Below, in pieces: positions 30,301-38,485 of a stretch of 64,000 nt of DNA. This DNA is from a virus. The stretch is from the IMG/VR virus record IMGVR_UViG_3300031963_012969; one strand, written 5' to 3'. Position numbers and translations under genes: made by a program. The notes under the pieces were generated by a model. The model ran no database searches and was not told where the DNA came from. It saw only the letters and a list, made by a program, of their open reading frames with translations. Position 1 is the first letter of the stretch. Every line of letters begins with the position of its first letter.

Positions 30301-33300
30301 TATAAATCTAAATCTCCTCTAAAAGAGTAATCTTGTTCAGGTGACTTATTTTGTTGATATTTTTTAATATCCTGTACCTTAGAAATAAACTGTTCTTTTT
30401 GCTCTGTGGTATTGAGCTTATCCATTATTTCGGGGAACTCTGAGCCTACGCCAATCTCTAGTTCTTTTTTATTATCAACCTTTAATTGATTAAGATTCTG
30501 TAGTTTCTCCTTGAATTTTTCCCTCTTTTCTGGAGTTAATTTTGTAATTACATCAGAAAACTCTTTTTCTGGTGTAATCTGCTTCTCTTTGCTTTTTCTG
30601 CCTGCGGCAGAACTAAATTCATTTAATCTTTCCTTAAATTCTTGTTTTTCTTGTGGTGTATTAAATGTTTCAATGATTTCAGAGAAATCTTTTTCTATTG
30701 TTTTTTCGCTTTTGGTGGGTTGATACTCTTTTGCTTTTTCCTCAATTCTTGACTTGAATTCATTTATCTCTTCTGGAGTTTTAAGTTTTTCAAGTACATT
30801 AGGAAACTCCGCCTCTATATCTATTTTTTCTTCTTCTGTTTTGCTAGAAGATCCCCTAAGTTTTTTTATTTTTTTCTTAAACCTCTGTTTATCTTCTGGT
30901 TCACTTAATTTATTTAATACACTAGAGAACCGTTTTTCTATTTCCTTATCTTGTTCTTCAATTCCAACCCCAGTTACTTCCTGTATTTTATTTTTAAAGT
31001 TCTCTATTTCTTCTGGATTTTTAAATTTTGATATTTCCTGACTAAATTCATTTTCAATCTTATTTTCAAATTTTTCCTCAGACTGAGATTTGAGTTTTTG
31101 TATTTTTGACTTAAACTCCACTATTTCTTCAGGTGTCTTAAGTTTATTTACCTCCTCCGGGAATTTTTCCTGTATTTCGGCGTCAAACTCTTTTTCTCCT
31201 GATTCCTGTAACTTTTGTACCCTATACTTAAACGACTCTTTTTCTTCAGGCGTTTTAAGTTCTCCTATTATGTCCGAAAAATTTGTTTCTATTTGTTGAA
31301 TCTGATCCTGTTCATTTGAATATTTTTTACCAGATGCTCTAACTTTTTGTAATCTATTTACTATCTTATTTTTTTCCTCTGGAGTCTTAGCACTTTTTAT
31401 TATGTCTGGGAAAAATTCTCCCTCTATTTCTCTTCTCTGTTCTCTGATTTTACTTGGCTTTACTTTCCTAATTTCTTGAACATTATCTAAAAATTTTTCT
31501 ATTTCTTCTGGGTTTTCTATGTCATTAAGTATGCTAGAAAATTCTTTTTTAGATTGTTGTCTCTCCTCTTGAGTATTTTCTGTTTTATCTTCCTCTCTTA
31601 GTTTTTGTACCTTATTTATAAATTCTTCTTTTTGTTGTGGTGTATCAAGTTTTTCTAGTACATCTGGGAATTCTTGAGTTATTTGTTGTTTTTGTTTTTG
31701 CTCGTACCTTGGCGATTCATATTCTTTTACTTCTTTAACCTTATTAAAAAACTCTTCTTTTTGTTCTGGCGTAGTTAGCTTTCCAATTATATCTGGAAAC
31801 TCTTTCTCTATTTCAATCCTCTGTTCTTTGGCACTATTTTGTTTATCTTTTTTTATTTCCTGTACTTTATTTATGAATTCTTCTTTTTGTTCTGGTGTAT
31901 CTAGTCTTTCTATTATGTTAGAAAATTCTCTATTAACCTGTTCTTTTTGCTGTATTAATTCTCGTGACTCAGACTCTCTGAATTTTTGCACATTTTGTAT
32001 AAATTGCTTTTTCTTCTCTGGAGTCTCTATTTTCTGGATTATATCCGAAAAATTACTTTCTACTTCTTTTTCTTGGTCCTGTATTTGATCAGTAAATGTA
32101 TATTTAGATTCTTTAAGTCTTTTCTTGAACTCTTGTTTTTTTTCTGGAGTTTCTATTGTATCTATGATGTCAGAAAATTCTGAGTCTATTTTAGAGTCTA
32201 CTGTAGACTCAACGTCATCAAATTTTTGATATAATTTGGACCCCTTTAGTTTCTGTATTTTTTCTGTAAAATTTTGTTTTTCTTCTGTAGTATTTAAATA
32301 TCGTATTTCATTTGAGAACTTAGACTCTATTTCTTTTACATCATTTTTATTTCTGCGCTCAGATGTATTGCTATCCTCATTTATATGAATTTTCTGTTCT
32401 TTATTTATTTTTTGTAATTCCTGACTGAATTGTTTTTTTTCTTCTTCTGTTCCGAATTTCTCTATTACGTTAGATAATTGATCTAGTGTGCTAGTGGCCT
32501 TATTCCTTGATTCTGTAGTTATTCTAGGCTGTGTACCTGGGGTCTTATTTATAGAGTTAAAAACCCTTGGATAATTTTCTTGTATGCTATTTTTCTCGTT
32601 TTCGTTTATTTTTCCTTGTCGCTCAGCCCTAGATAATACGTCTCTGACTAATTTTGATGGTTCTGTTATGTCTATCGACCTTTTAGATTGCTTGAGTATT
32701 GTTTCCTTTTGATTATTGAATGTTTCTATCTCTTGTTTTGTTCCATGCTTCTCTATAATTTTTTGTACCTGGTTTATAGTGGTATCCAGTTTTGGCGTAT
32801 CAGCGATTTCTACCGAAGATTCTGGTAAATATGGTGATTCGGTTCTAGTCCTTTTATCTATTTCTTTTATTATTCTATCTACTTTGTCGGTCTTATTTGT
32901 GACATTATTGGTATTTGTAACGTTATCTGTATTTGTGACATTATTGGTATTTGTAACGTTATCCGTATTTGTTACGTTATCTGTGCTCTTTGTAACGTTA
33001 TCCGTATTTGTTACGTTACTGATGTTTTCAGTGTTTTGTTGATTTAATGTGTTTATTGCTTCAAGTGCTTCGGAGTACTTAGATATTTCATCTCTGTCGT
33101 TGTCGCTTAGCTTTCCTTCTGTTCCGGCTCTTTCTATTACGTCTTTAGCTAATTTAACCGGTGCCGTTATATTTATTTTATTTGGATCTGTAATACCATT
33201 AGATAGAATATTTTGAGCTTTAGCGTGCTCTTTCCTAGCCTGGTCTATTTCTTGAGCCCTTTGCGGTGTGGGTCCGTATGGCAGTGATGGTCTTTTTAAT

Positions 33301-34022
33301 ACCTCTCCAGCTAATTTAGATAAATTACTATCTTTTGATTGCTGGGATCGATCAGTTATTTCGCCCATGAATCCGCCAAATTTTCTGTTAAATGCGGCCA
33401 TGTTTTGAAAAGTTTCCGCTCTACTAAATCCACGTGACTTTGAGTAATCCCAATTACCGTCCTTATCAGACATCAAATTGCTAACATTTCTTACTATGTT
33501 TGCGGCGTGTACAGCATTTGCCTCAGCGTTTCTTATGCCAGGTCCGGCCATATTTTCGGTAAAGTTACCCATTACAACACCAAAAGCATCTGTCATGCTT
33601 CCACCAGGAGTATATTGATCGGCAAACTCTTGAAATAATCTGTTTTGCCCTAAGTCACCTAATCCACTTAACATTGGATTTGCTGCCAATAAAGATGGCT
33701 TTGCTAAATCAAATACTCTGTGTCGCTCTTGCATTGAGGTGTACTGATAGTCGGACACAGAGGGCCTCTTGAAAGACCCAAGCATAGGTCTCCCGCCGTT
33801 AAATGATGACACCATTAAATTAATCATCATATCAAGCATCGGGTTACCTGTAGCGATTGATGAAGCTGGGGCAAAACCCCTATTTGCCTCATTTCTTGCT
33901 ATGTCTATGGGAGACATAGATGGATACCCATATGGTAGATTGATTCCTGGAGGTATTTGCGAGTTTAATCCACCAATTTCTCCAATTTGCCGCTGATTAT
34001 TCAATATATCGTATGGATTCAC
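27324..34022 (-). CDS. Tail tape-measure protein (2232 aa)
   Basis: Longest ORF, helical and repeat-rich, directly downstream of the frameshifted chaperone pair and upstream of hub/baseplate genes; GTG start. Confidence 0.8.
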   Translation of the reverse strand: MNPYDILNNQRQIGEIGGLNSQIPPGINLPYGYPSMSPIDIARNEANRGFAPASSIATGNPMLDMMINLMVSSFNGGRPMLGSFKRPSVSDYQYTSMQERHRVFDLAKPSLLAANPMLSGLGDLGQNRLFQEFADQYTPGGSMTDAFGVVMGNFTENMAGPGIRNAEANAVHAANIVRNVSNLMSDKDGNWDYSKSRGFSRAETFQNMAAFNRKFGGFMGEITDRSQQSKDSNLSKLAGEVLKRPSLPYGPTPQRAQEIDQARKEHAKAQNILSNGITDPNKINITAPVKLAKDVIERAGTEGKLSDNDRDEISKYSEALEAINTLNQQNTENISNVTNTDNVTKSTDNVTNTDNVTNTNNVTNTDNVTNTNNVTNKTDKVDRIIKEIDKRTRTESPYLPESSVEIADTPKLDTTINQVQKIIEKHGTKQEIETFNNQKETILKQSKRSIDITEPSKLVRDVLSRAERQGKINENEKNSIQENYPRVFNSINKTPGTQPRITTESRNKATSTLDQLSNVIEKFGTEEEKKQFSQELQKINKEQKIHINEDSNTSERRNKNDVKEIESKFSNEIRYLNTTEEKQNFTEKIQKLKGSKLYQKFDDVESTVDSKIDSEFSDIIDTIETPEKKQEFKKRLKESKYTFTDQIQDQEKEVESNFSDIIQKIETPEKKKQFIQNVQKFRESESRELIQQKEQVNREFSNIIERLDTPEQKEEFINKVQEIKKDKQNSAKEQRIEIEKEFPDIIGKLTTPEQKEEFFNKVKEVKEYESPRYEQKQKQQITQEFPDVLEKLDTPQQKEEFINKVQKLREEDKTENTQEERQQSKKEFSSILNDIENPEEIEKFLDNVQEIRKVKPSKIREQRREIEGEFFPDIIKSAKTPEEKNKIVNRLQKVRASGKKYSNEQDQIQQIETNFSDIIGELKTPEEKESFKYRVQKLQESGEKEFDAEIQEKFPEEVNKLKTPEEIVEFKSKIQKLKSQSEEKFENKIENEFSQEISKFKNPEEIENFKNKIQEVTGVGIEEQDKEIEKRFSSVLNKLSEPEDKQRFKKKIKKLRGSSSKTEEEKIDIEAEFPNVLEKLKTPEEINEFKSRIEEKAKEYQPTKSEKTIEKDFSEIIETFNTPQEKQEFKERLNEFSSAAGRKSKEKQITPEKEFSDVITKLTPEKREKFKEKLQNLNQLKVDNKKELEIGVGSEFPEIMDKLNTTEQKEQFISKVQDIKKYQQNKSPEQDYSFRGDLDLYQQNKTPKQDYSNRGDHDLLSGLDSPEEKEKFDREMMEIKRQSPLSSKENNSIDITTPTALAKNAIDRARKNNLISNRDQNELSYYYDANEAIDALSSAKEKQKEEDVNNRVTAAPGEDLDGHLSEYEVAIKKYGTPEEQKAFDEQKNNILESTKVDLTDTAKIVKQVMQRKSELPKEDKSKQEKVKEAENLVKELEDTGTVKRRNDQSLIKTIDDVSEVVDLIGTEQEKKEFTKQSGKIKKKIGIQEDDVSTFSSDKEIDISDPTKLVKGIVERAEKEGKIGDKEREEISSYTEAVEALTKAKKQEENNTKTGANQKSNTVSVTGEEKLRSTLDQFSKIALKLGTENEVRQLNQQSQTIVQKNNDKIEQARNTEIQTIKNFGTEKDIKLANEIMNPRSSSGLQAISEPRTPQNAKEQDQKGQDLSELNSMIREAQNVFGADTGLGELMDRVGDLVEGSSGMSTGKVRDLLQKIQATAVVVDMSNDAIARYFEVTNQMYKGMGVKGGNQTNMAQNALIAAKGLVDARRKDAQDKKEIYTGKSTEETAVKIAEYQGRVARSSENQGLVAALAVLGTEGEQGKVAKEMKEAMENKDFEKARRIREEAAESGRIDENTDLMIDVLDNKIEEEGGASENTLKLIKSKYGEGAYFDYLTGADIEFNNKATYKYISESIMGTRDADSVFARTIAETGVGSEGSSKIREALEEGKITQEDITDDKRMKERISEILPTATAEQVQEISGTLTSAANTNDLSEAFEVAGNEGATARIKELMKDQQEIQAEVKQVSETRGPLLRDFNIGEKAMGVMSKVYKDLKKEGNEEGQITFESVARAAGGALGDYDKMTDKQKEIGQAQLDLVTGKGGKIVEMHEKAKKEAHEEAVKEVGKLEKTGTKLSEETRNKYIEEHENRIFEEKKSKISEELESGKVKLQGEETEKEKKNDFDPKDAIERILRALEGIADKLGVDKKAISAKSSKGGADSKTENNGSWWNPFD
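30185..32335 (-). repeat. 16-17 copies of a ~41-aa repeat (E-x-x-F-[SP]-x-II-x-x-L-x-TPE-x-K-x-x-F) in the tape measure
   Basis: e.g. VNREFSNIIERLDTPEQKEEFINKVQEIK, IEKEFPDIIGKLTTPEQKEEFFNKVKEVK. Confidence 0.85.
30246..30359. repeat. Imperfect 57-bp tandem duplication (YQQNKSPEQDYSFRGDLDL / YQQNKTPKQDYSNRGDHDL)
   Basis: Two adjacent units 30246-30302 and 30303-30359. Confidence 0.85.
32895..33018. repeat. ~18-bp minisatellite encoding 7 NVT-containing units (NVTNTD-like)
   Basis: NVTNTDNVTKSTDNVTNTDNVTNTNNVTNTDNVTNTNNVTNK. Confidence 0.85.
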
Positions 34023-34079
34023 TATATTACTATATCTTTAATTTATTTAACCAAAAAGACAAAATTCATAAATGATTTA

Positions 34080-34445
34080 TTACTTCATGTCTGGGAACAT
34101 CTTTTTATATTCTTCTATTAACTCATCATTTGTTTTCATTTTCTTTGATTCTGGCTTAATAAGTTTTATGTATGGATAGCAAGATTCTATAAATTTATTA
34201 AAATTTTCTGTCCTATTTGAATTAGCTTTATTTATATTTTCTGGAGATATGAAATTCATTCCACCTAGAACACTTATCTTTGTTGTAAGTATCTCCATGT
34301 AATTTTCATGCTCTAATCCTCCACGAGCCATTTCAAGCCTAACTCTCTCGTAAAGAGAAGGCATGTCATCTGCAGACTTATTACCAGTCAAACCCCGCAA
34401 AAAGGCCTGTCTGGTTAGGAACCTTTTGCGGGTTTCGAAAAATTT
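34080..34445 (-). CDS. Tail assembly chaperone, frameshifted C-terminal part (lambda gpT-like)
   Basis: The -1 frame is open from 34448 to 34080 (FETRKRFLTRQAFLRGLTGNK...); reachable from the upstream ORF through the slippery site at 34439-34445. Confidence 0.75.
   Translation of the reverse strand, partial: KFFETRKRFLTRQAFLRGLTGNKSADDMPSLYERVRLEMARGGLEHENYMEILTTKISVLGGMNFISPENINKANSNRTENFNKFIESCYPYIKLIKPESKKMKTNDELIEEYKKMFPDMK
34390..34445 (-). promoter_or_regulatory. Programmed -1 ribosomal frameshift signal (A AAT TTT plus downstream stem-loop)
   Basis: In-frame X XXY YYZ heptamer at 34445-34439, then AAACCCGCAAAAGG...CCTTTTTGCGGGGTTT hairpin. Confidence 0.8.
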
Positions 34446-34972
34446 ACATCAAAAGCTTCTTTCGCAAGGTCATACAATTTTTGATTAAATTGTGTCATCA
34501 TTCCCATTAATATATATAAACTAGACGAAGATAATGAACCTACATAACTTTTATCTATAATCGCAAGTAAATTAAAGTCTTTCATTTCCCATACGCTTGA
34601 TGGGTATTCTTTTATTTGCTCCACCCCATTTACAGATGCTAACTGATAGTATAAGCATCCAAGATTAAATAAATTTATATATTCCTGAACCGAATACAGC
34701 AATCCATCATTATATATTTTGTCTACCTGTCTTGAGATAATATCAGTTTCTTTTTTTGTTTTATCCTTAAATTCTACATTAATTTTAAGTTTTTTGTTTT
34801 CAAATTTTTGCCTAAAAACATTTCCTGTTGCTAGGCACTCGGCATAAAGATCTCTATCTTTTTCCGTTATTTCTAGCCTAGGTAACTTAAGTGATGAATT
34901 AGCTGTTTCGTTCCCCTCTATCGTTGGGATAGCGGACTCTTTTATTGATTGTAGTGTTTCTTTTTGTTCCAT
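34415..34972 (-). CDS. Tail assembly chaperone (lambda gpG-like)
   Basis: 185 aa upstream of the tape measure, ending in a frameshift signal. Confidence 0.75.
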   Translation of the reverse strand: MEQKETLQSIKESAIPTIEGNETANSSLKLPRLEITEKDRDLYAECLATGNVFRQKFENKKLKINVEFKDKTKKETDIISRQVDKIYNDGLLYSVQEYINLFNLGCLYYQLASVNGVEQIKEYPSSVWEMKDFNLLAIIDKSYVGSLSSSSLYILMGMMTQFNQKLYDLAKEAFDVNFSKPAKGS

Positions 34973-34976
34973 ATTT

Positions 34977-37367
34977 TTACGAATGATATTTTATTTCTGA
35001 ATATTTTAATTTTTCAAATTTACCGCCTTCTTCTTTTTGTTCTTTATAAATCTTGGGGGTTCCATCTTCTGATACATTTTCCTCTTTGTATGTTATCCAA
35101 CATTCTTTAGAGCCATCCAAGTATTCTTTTCCTGGCCATGCCATTTCATCGTACCTGTCTTTATCTGATGAATGGTCCCATGTACTTAAATTGTCTTTAT
35201 ATTGCCTTTGCCAAAAAGATTCAAACCATAAATGCTCTAATGTATTATATTCTTTTACTCTTCTATATCTCCAGTCTATATCTGGGTAGTCTTCTGTCAA
35301 CCACGGACTTCTGCAGTCTCTAATTATCTTAGGCTGTGGAACTTCTTCAGATATTGCTCCGAACGCTGAATATCTTTTGTGCTCCTCTGGAGGAATTTTT
35401 ATCGGCTCCTTTAATGTAAGCACATGTGGATAGTATCTTTTTGATGCGTGCATCCCATTTGACATTACATGGTCAATTGCAATAAGGCTCTTTTCAGCCA
35501 TACAGTAACCCTTAGTGTATGCAGTTTCTTCGAATACACCAAATTGTCCGCACTGTACAGATCCTGCATTGACCATGACCATCCCCCTCCTTTTTGGGGG
35601 GGTTCCATCTTCTGTATACAGAAAATGAACATTATCTGCCCAATGTAATGAAGCGCTAGATCTAACCAGAACAAATGGGCCGGTTTCATCATTCGGCCCC
35701 ATAATTGCAACGGCTACGTCAGCCACAGAGTTAATTACTGGAGCCCTTGAAAGAACATTACCATTAGTTCTTAAAACTATTCCAGATGAATGATATTCAT
35801 CTCCCTGCTTTTCTATTACGCTAGGTCCAGTACTGTTGAGTGCTGTTAATTGTATGCTCCCCCTCTTTGAGTCTATGAGGGTGTGCATACCGGATCTAAC
35901 TCTAATATTTCCTTCTGTCGTGTGTAATTCAGCAGATTTTTTGCTTTTCATTATTAGATCATGTCCAGCAATAGTTATTACATTTTTTCCTGATATTATT
36001 TCCAGGTCTTTTACAGAAGTTAATACAAGCTTACCGCCCCTTAATTCTATGCTGGATCCCCAGGCATCTCTAAGCAATACAGATCCATCAGGTAATACTC
36101 CACAAAACGCCTCTCCCTCTCTTGATTGCTGATAGTCTGGGATTCCTTTAATATCTTGTTTTATTTGATTTACTTTACCAAATGAACAATACTGAGACCC
36201 GCCCATTTCAAGTTTCTTGCCTGGCTCTGGCTCTGGGTCTTTCCAGTCTTTTTCATATTTTTCGTATCTTTTAAATCTATATCCACCAGACATTTGCCAT
36301 GACACATAGTCCCTGGCCATACAACCAAAAGCAGCTGGATGTTGATCTTCTGGGGCTATCTTGAAACCTTTTCTAGATTTATTGTCATAAATTTCTTTAT
36401 CACCTTTTCCAGTAAAGTCGTCTTCTTGTTTTTGTTGCTTAGGTAAATATATACCATTCAATTTTTGCATCCAAGTTGATGAAGTAGTGCAAATAGATTG
36501 TATACCTAATTCATCAAACCATGTGTCAGAGTGAACAGTTCCGTCTTTAATGCTTTTGTTTGACTCTATTGCAACCCCCGAAGACAGCCATCCAGATGTT
36601 AATCTGTTTGTGTGATTTTTTCTTTGGTCTTCTACAAATGATTTAAGATCTGGAGAAAATAATATTTCTAGATTACTTCTTCCAAAGTCACAAAATCCCC
36701 TTAACTTAAAAGATGAATTATATATTTGGGCATTGTGCGCAACAACATCTAATAAATCATCTATTGAATTTAAAGTAACCGACACAAGATTTCCAGCCTG
36801 TGTCCTGTAATAATATTTTCCATGTATTCTCCCTACATGATTTTCTGATATTGAAGAAACTTCACCAGGGATTACATCACTCGGAATAGATGTTTTATCT
36901 GCCTCTAATTTAAGCTCATCGCACTCAAAGGTAGAGGGTTTACCTATGGAAAAAAAGGTCTGCTTATATTCTTTAAAGATTGATGGTGTTATTCTGGATC
37001 CCTTTATTGATTCACCTGGCATTAAAACAGCCGCTATTATCACCCCATATGTTGTGTCTTGCCCCTTTGAAACTATAACATGGTCACCTATTTGAGGCGA
37101 ATAAATTTCTGTTACAGCGCTAACCGAACCGAAACTTGTGCAATTATACAAACATCTTATATAAGCATTGAAACCAACTGACACTAAAGCTGTATTATTT
37201 TCTGGCCAGCTATCTACAACTCTTCCAATTAACACAGAAAATTGTGAGTATTGGTTCGGTTCTCTGTCTACATAGTCGCTGTTAACAGCATTTATAGGAT
37301 CAGATGGAGACGGCATGCCTGAAGACATTGACCGAAAATTTGGAGAAGTTGAGTTTCTTTGTGCCAT
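34977..37367 (-). CDS. Baseplate central spike (gp5/VgrG/gpV-like)
   Basis: OB-fold-like N-terminus (IGRVVD...SPQIGDHVIV); beta-helix-like DGSVLLRDAWGSSIELRGGKLVLTS repeats. Confidence 0.7.
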   Translation of the reverse strand: MAQRNSTSPNFRSMSSGMPSPSDPINAVNSDYVDREPNQYSQFSVLIGRVVDSWPENNTALVSVGFNAYIRCLYNCTSFGSVSAVTEIYSPQIGDHVIVSKGQDTTYGVIIAAVLMPGESIKGSRITPSIFKEYKQTFFSIGKPSTFECDELKLEADKTSIPSDVIPGEVSSISENHVGRIHGKYYYRTQAGNLVSVTLNSIDDLLDVVAHNAQIYNSSFKLRGFCDFGRSNLEILFSPDLKSFVEDQRKNHTNRLTSGWLSSGVAIESNKSIKDGTVHSDTWFDELGIQSICTTSSTWMQKLNGIYLPKQQKQEDDFTGKGDKEIYDNKSRKGFKIAPEDQHPAAFGCMARDYVSWQMSGGYRFKRYEKYEKDWKDPEPEPGKKLEMGGSQYCSFGKVNQIKQDIKGIPDYQQSREGEAFCGVLPDGSVLLRDAWGSSIELRGGKLVLTSVKDLEIISGKNVITIAGHDLIMKSKKSAELHTTEGNIRVRSGMHTLIDSKRGSIQLTALNSTGPSVIEKQGDEYHSSGIVLRTNGNVLSRAPVINSVADVAVAIMGPNDETGPFVLVRSSASLHWADNVHFLYTEDGTPPKRRGMVMVNAGSVQCGQFGVFEETAYTKGYCMAEKSLIAIDHVMSNGMHASKRYYPHVLTLKEPIKIPPEEHKRYSAFGAISEEVPQPKIIRDCRSPWLTEDYPDIDWRYRRVKEYNTLEHLWFESFWQRQYKDNLSTWDHSSDKDRYDEMAWPGKEYLDGSKECWITYKEENVSEDGTPKIYKEQKEEGGKFEKLKYSEIKYHS

Positions 37368-37382
37368 AAACGATTTAAATTA

Positions 37383-37417
37383 AAATAGGCAATGCGAAAA
37401 AATCACATTGCCTATTT
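37383..37417 (-). terminator. Intrinsic terminator after the tail tube genes
   Basis: AAATAGGCAATG / CATTGCCTATTT inverted repeat with T-rich 3' end on the minus strand. Confidence 0.7.
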
Positions 37418-37460
37418 ATATTTAATTCTTTGATTGTGTAAAGAATTTTCTTAACTAAAA

Positions 37461-37988
37461 TTAAGCTCCAGCAGCCAATGCAACAGATCTTGCATTAGTA
37501 GCCGAGTTTAATTCTTCATTAGGGTCTTTCTTGGGGACTGCTTCTTGCATAGCAACGAATGTAGCAACTAAGTTTTCTCTTATTAAGAGATCTTGAGTTG
37601 TCATCGAAACTCCGTATTGCGTAATAAACACGCCAGTAAGAGTTTTTCCTCTAAGCGTAGCGGATCCTTGTCCATAGCAACCAGAGGAAGCTTGAATGAT
37701 AACCGTGCCGCCACCTGCGCAAGAATTGAACAACGCTCTATCAAAGTCAACATTACTGAGGATTTTGCCCACAGTTAATTGACCTTGTGCACGCCCAAGT
37801 TGCATGTAAGCCGAATTTGATCCGAGTTCAAACAATTGAGTAACTTGTTGTTGATAACTGCACTCGACGTTTTGAACCAGAGCTCCAACACCAGATGCTG
37901 TTGTTCCCGACACAGTCATTACTGCTGTATCAGATGAGTAAACACCACCAACTGGTACTACTGTTCTTCCGAAAAGGTCATTAGCCAT
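37461..37988 (-). CDS. Tail tube protein, paralog B (with ~27-aa C-terminal extension)
   Basis: Highly similar to 38016..38462; FELGS...GRAQG tube-type motif; follows the sheath gene. Confidence 0.75.
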   Translation of the reverse strand: MANDLFGRTVVPVGGVYSSDTAVMTVSGTTASGVGALVQNVECSYQQQVTQLFELGSNSAYMQLGRAQGQLTVGKILSNVDFDRALFNSCAGGGTVIIQASSGCYGQGSATLRGKTLTGVFITQYGVSMTTQDLLIRENLVATFVAMQEAVPKKDPNEELNSATNARSVALAAGA

Positions 37989-38015
37989 AATTTTATTTCT
38001 TTCTTTATTATATTT

Positions 38016-38462
38016 TTATTCTTCCATGCTCGTGAACATTGCCACGAGGTTTTCTCTTATGAGAAGGTCTTGAGTTGTCATTGAAACGCCATACTGAGTT
38101 ACAAATACACCCTTAAGTGTTTTTCCTTTTAATTTTGAGCTACCCTGCCCCTGACAGCCGGATGAGGCCTGTATAATACAAGTTGCTCCCCCAGCGCAAG
38201 AATTGAACAATGCTCTATCAAAGTCTTGATTGCTAAGAATTTTTCCTATAGTCAAATTACCTTGTGCACGTCCAAGTTGCATGTAGACCTGATTAGATCC
38301 TAGCTCAAATATTTGGTTTACTTGTTGTGTATATGTAGCTTCAACATTTTGGACTAAGGCACCAGCACCTGAGCCAGCTGCCCCGGATACGGTCATTACT
38401 GCCGTATCCGAGGAGTAAACTCCGCCGACTGGTACTACTGTTCTTCCAAAGATGTCAGCCAT
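38016..38462 (-). CDS. Tail tube protein, paralog A
   Basis: 148 aa directly downstream of the tail sheath. Confidence 0.75.
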   Translation of the reverse strand: MADIFGRTVVPVGGVYSSDTAVMTVSGAAGSGAGALVQNVEATYTQQVNQIFELGSNQVYMQLGRAQGNLTIGKILSNQDFDRALFNSCAGGATCIIQASSGCQGQGSSKLKGKTLKGVFVTQYGVSMTTQDLLIRENLVAMFTSMEE

Positions 38463-38485
38463 GGTTTTTCTTTAGTTTTACTAAA

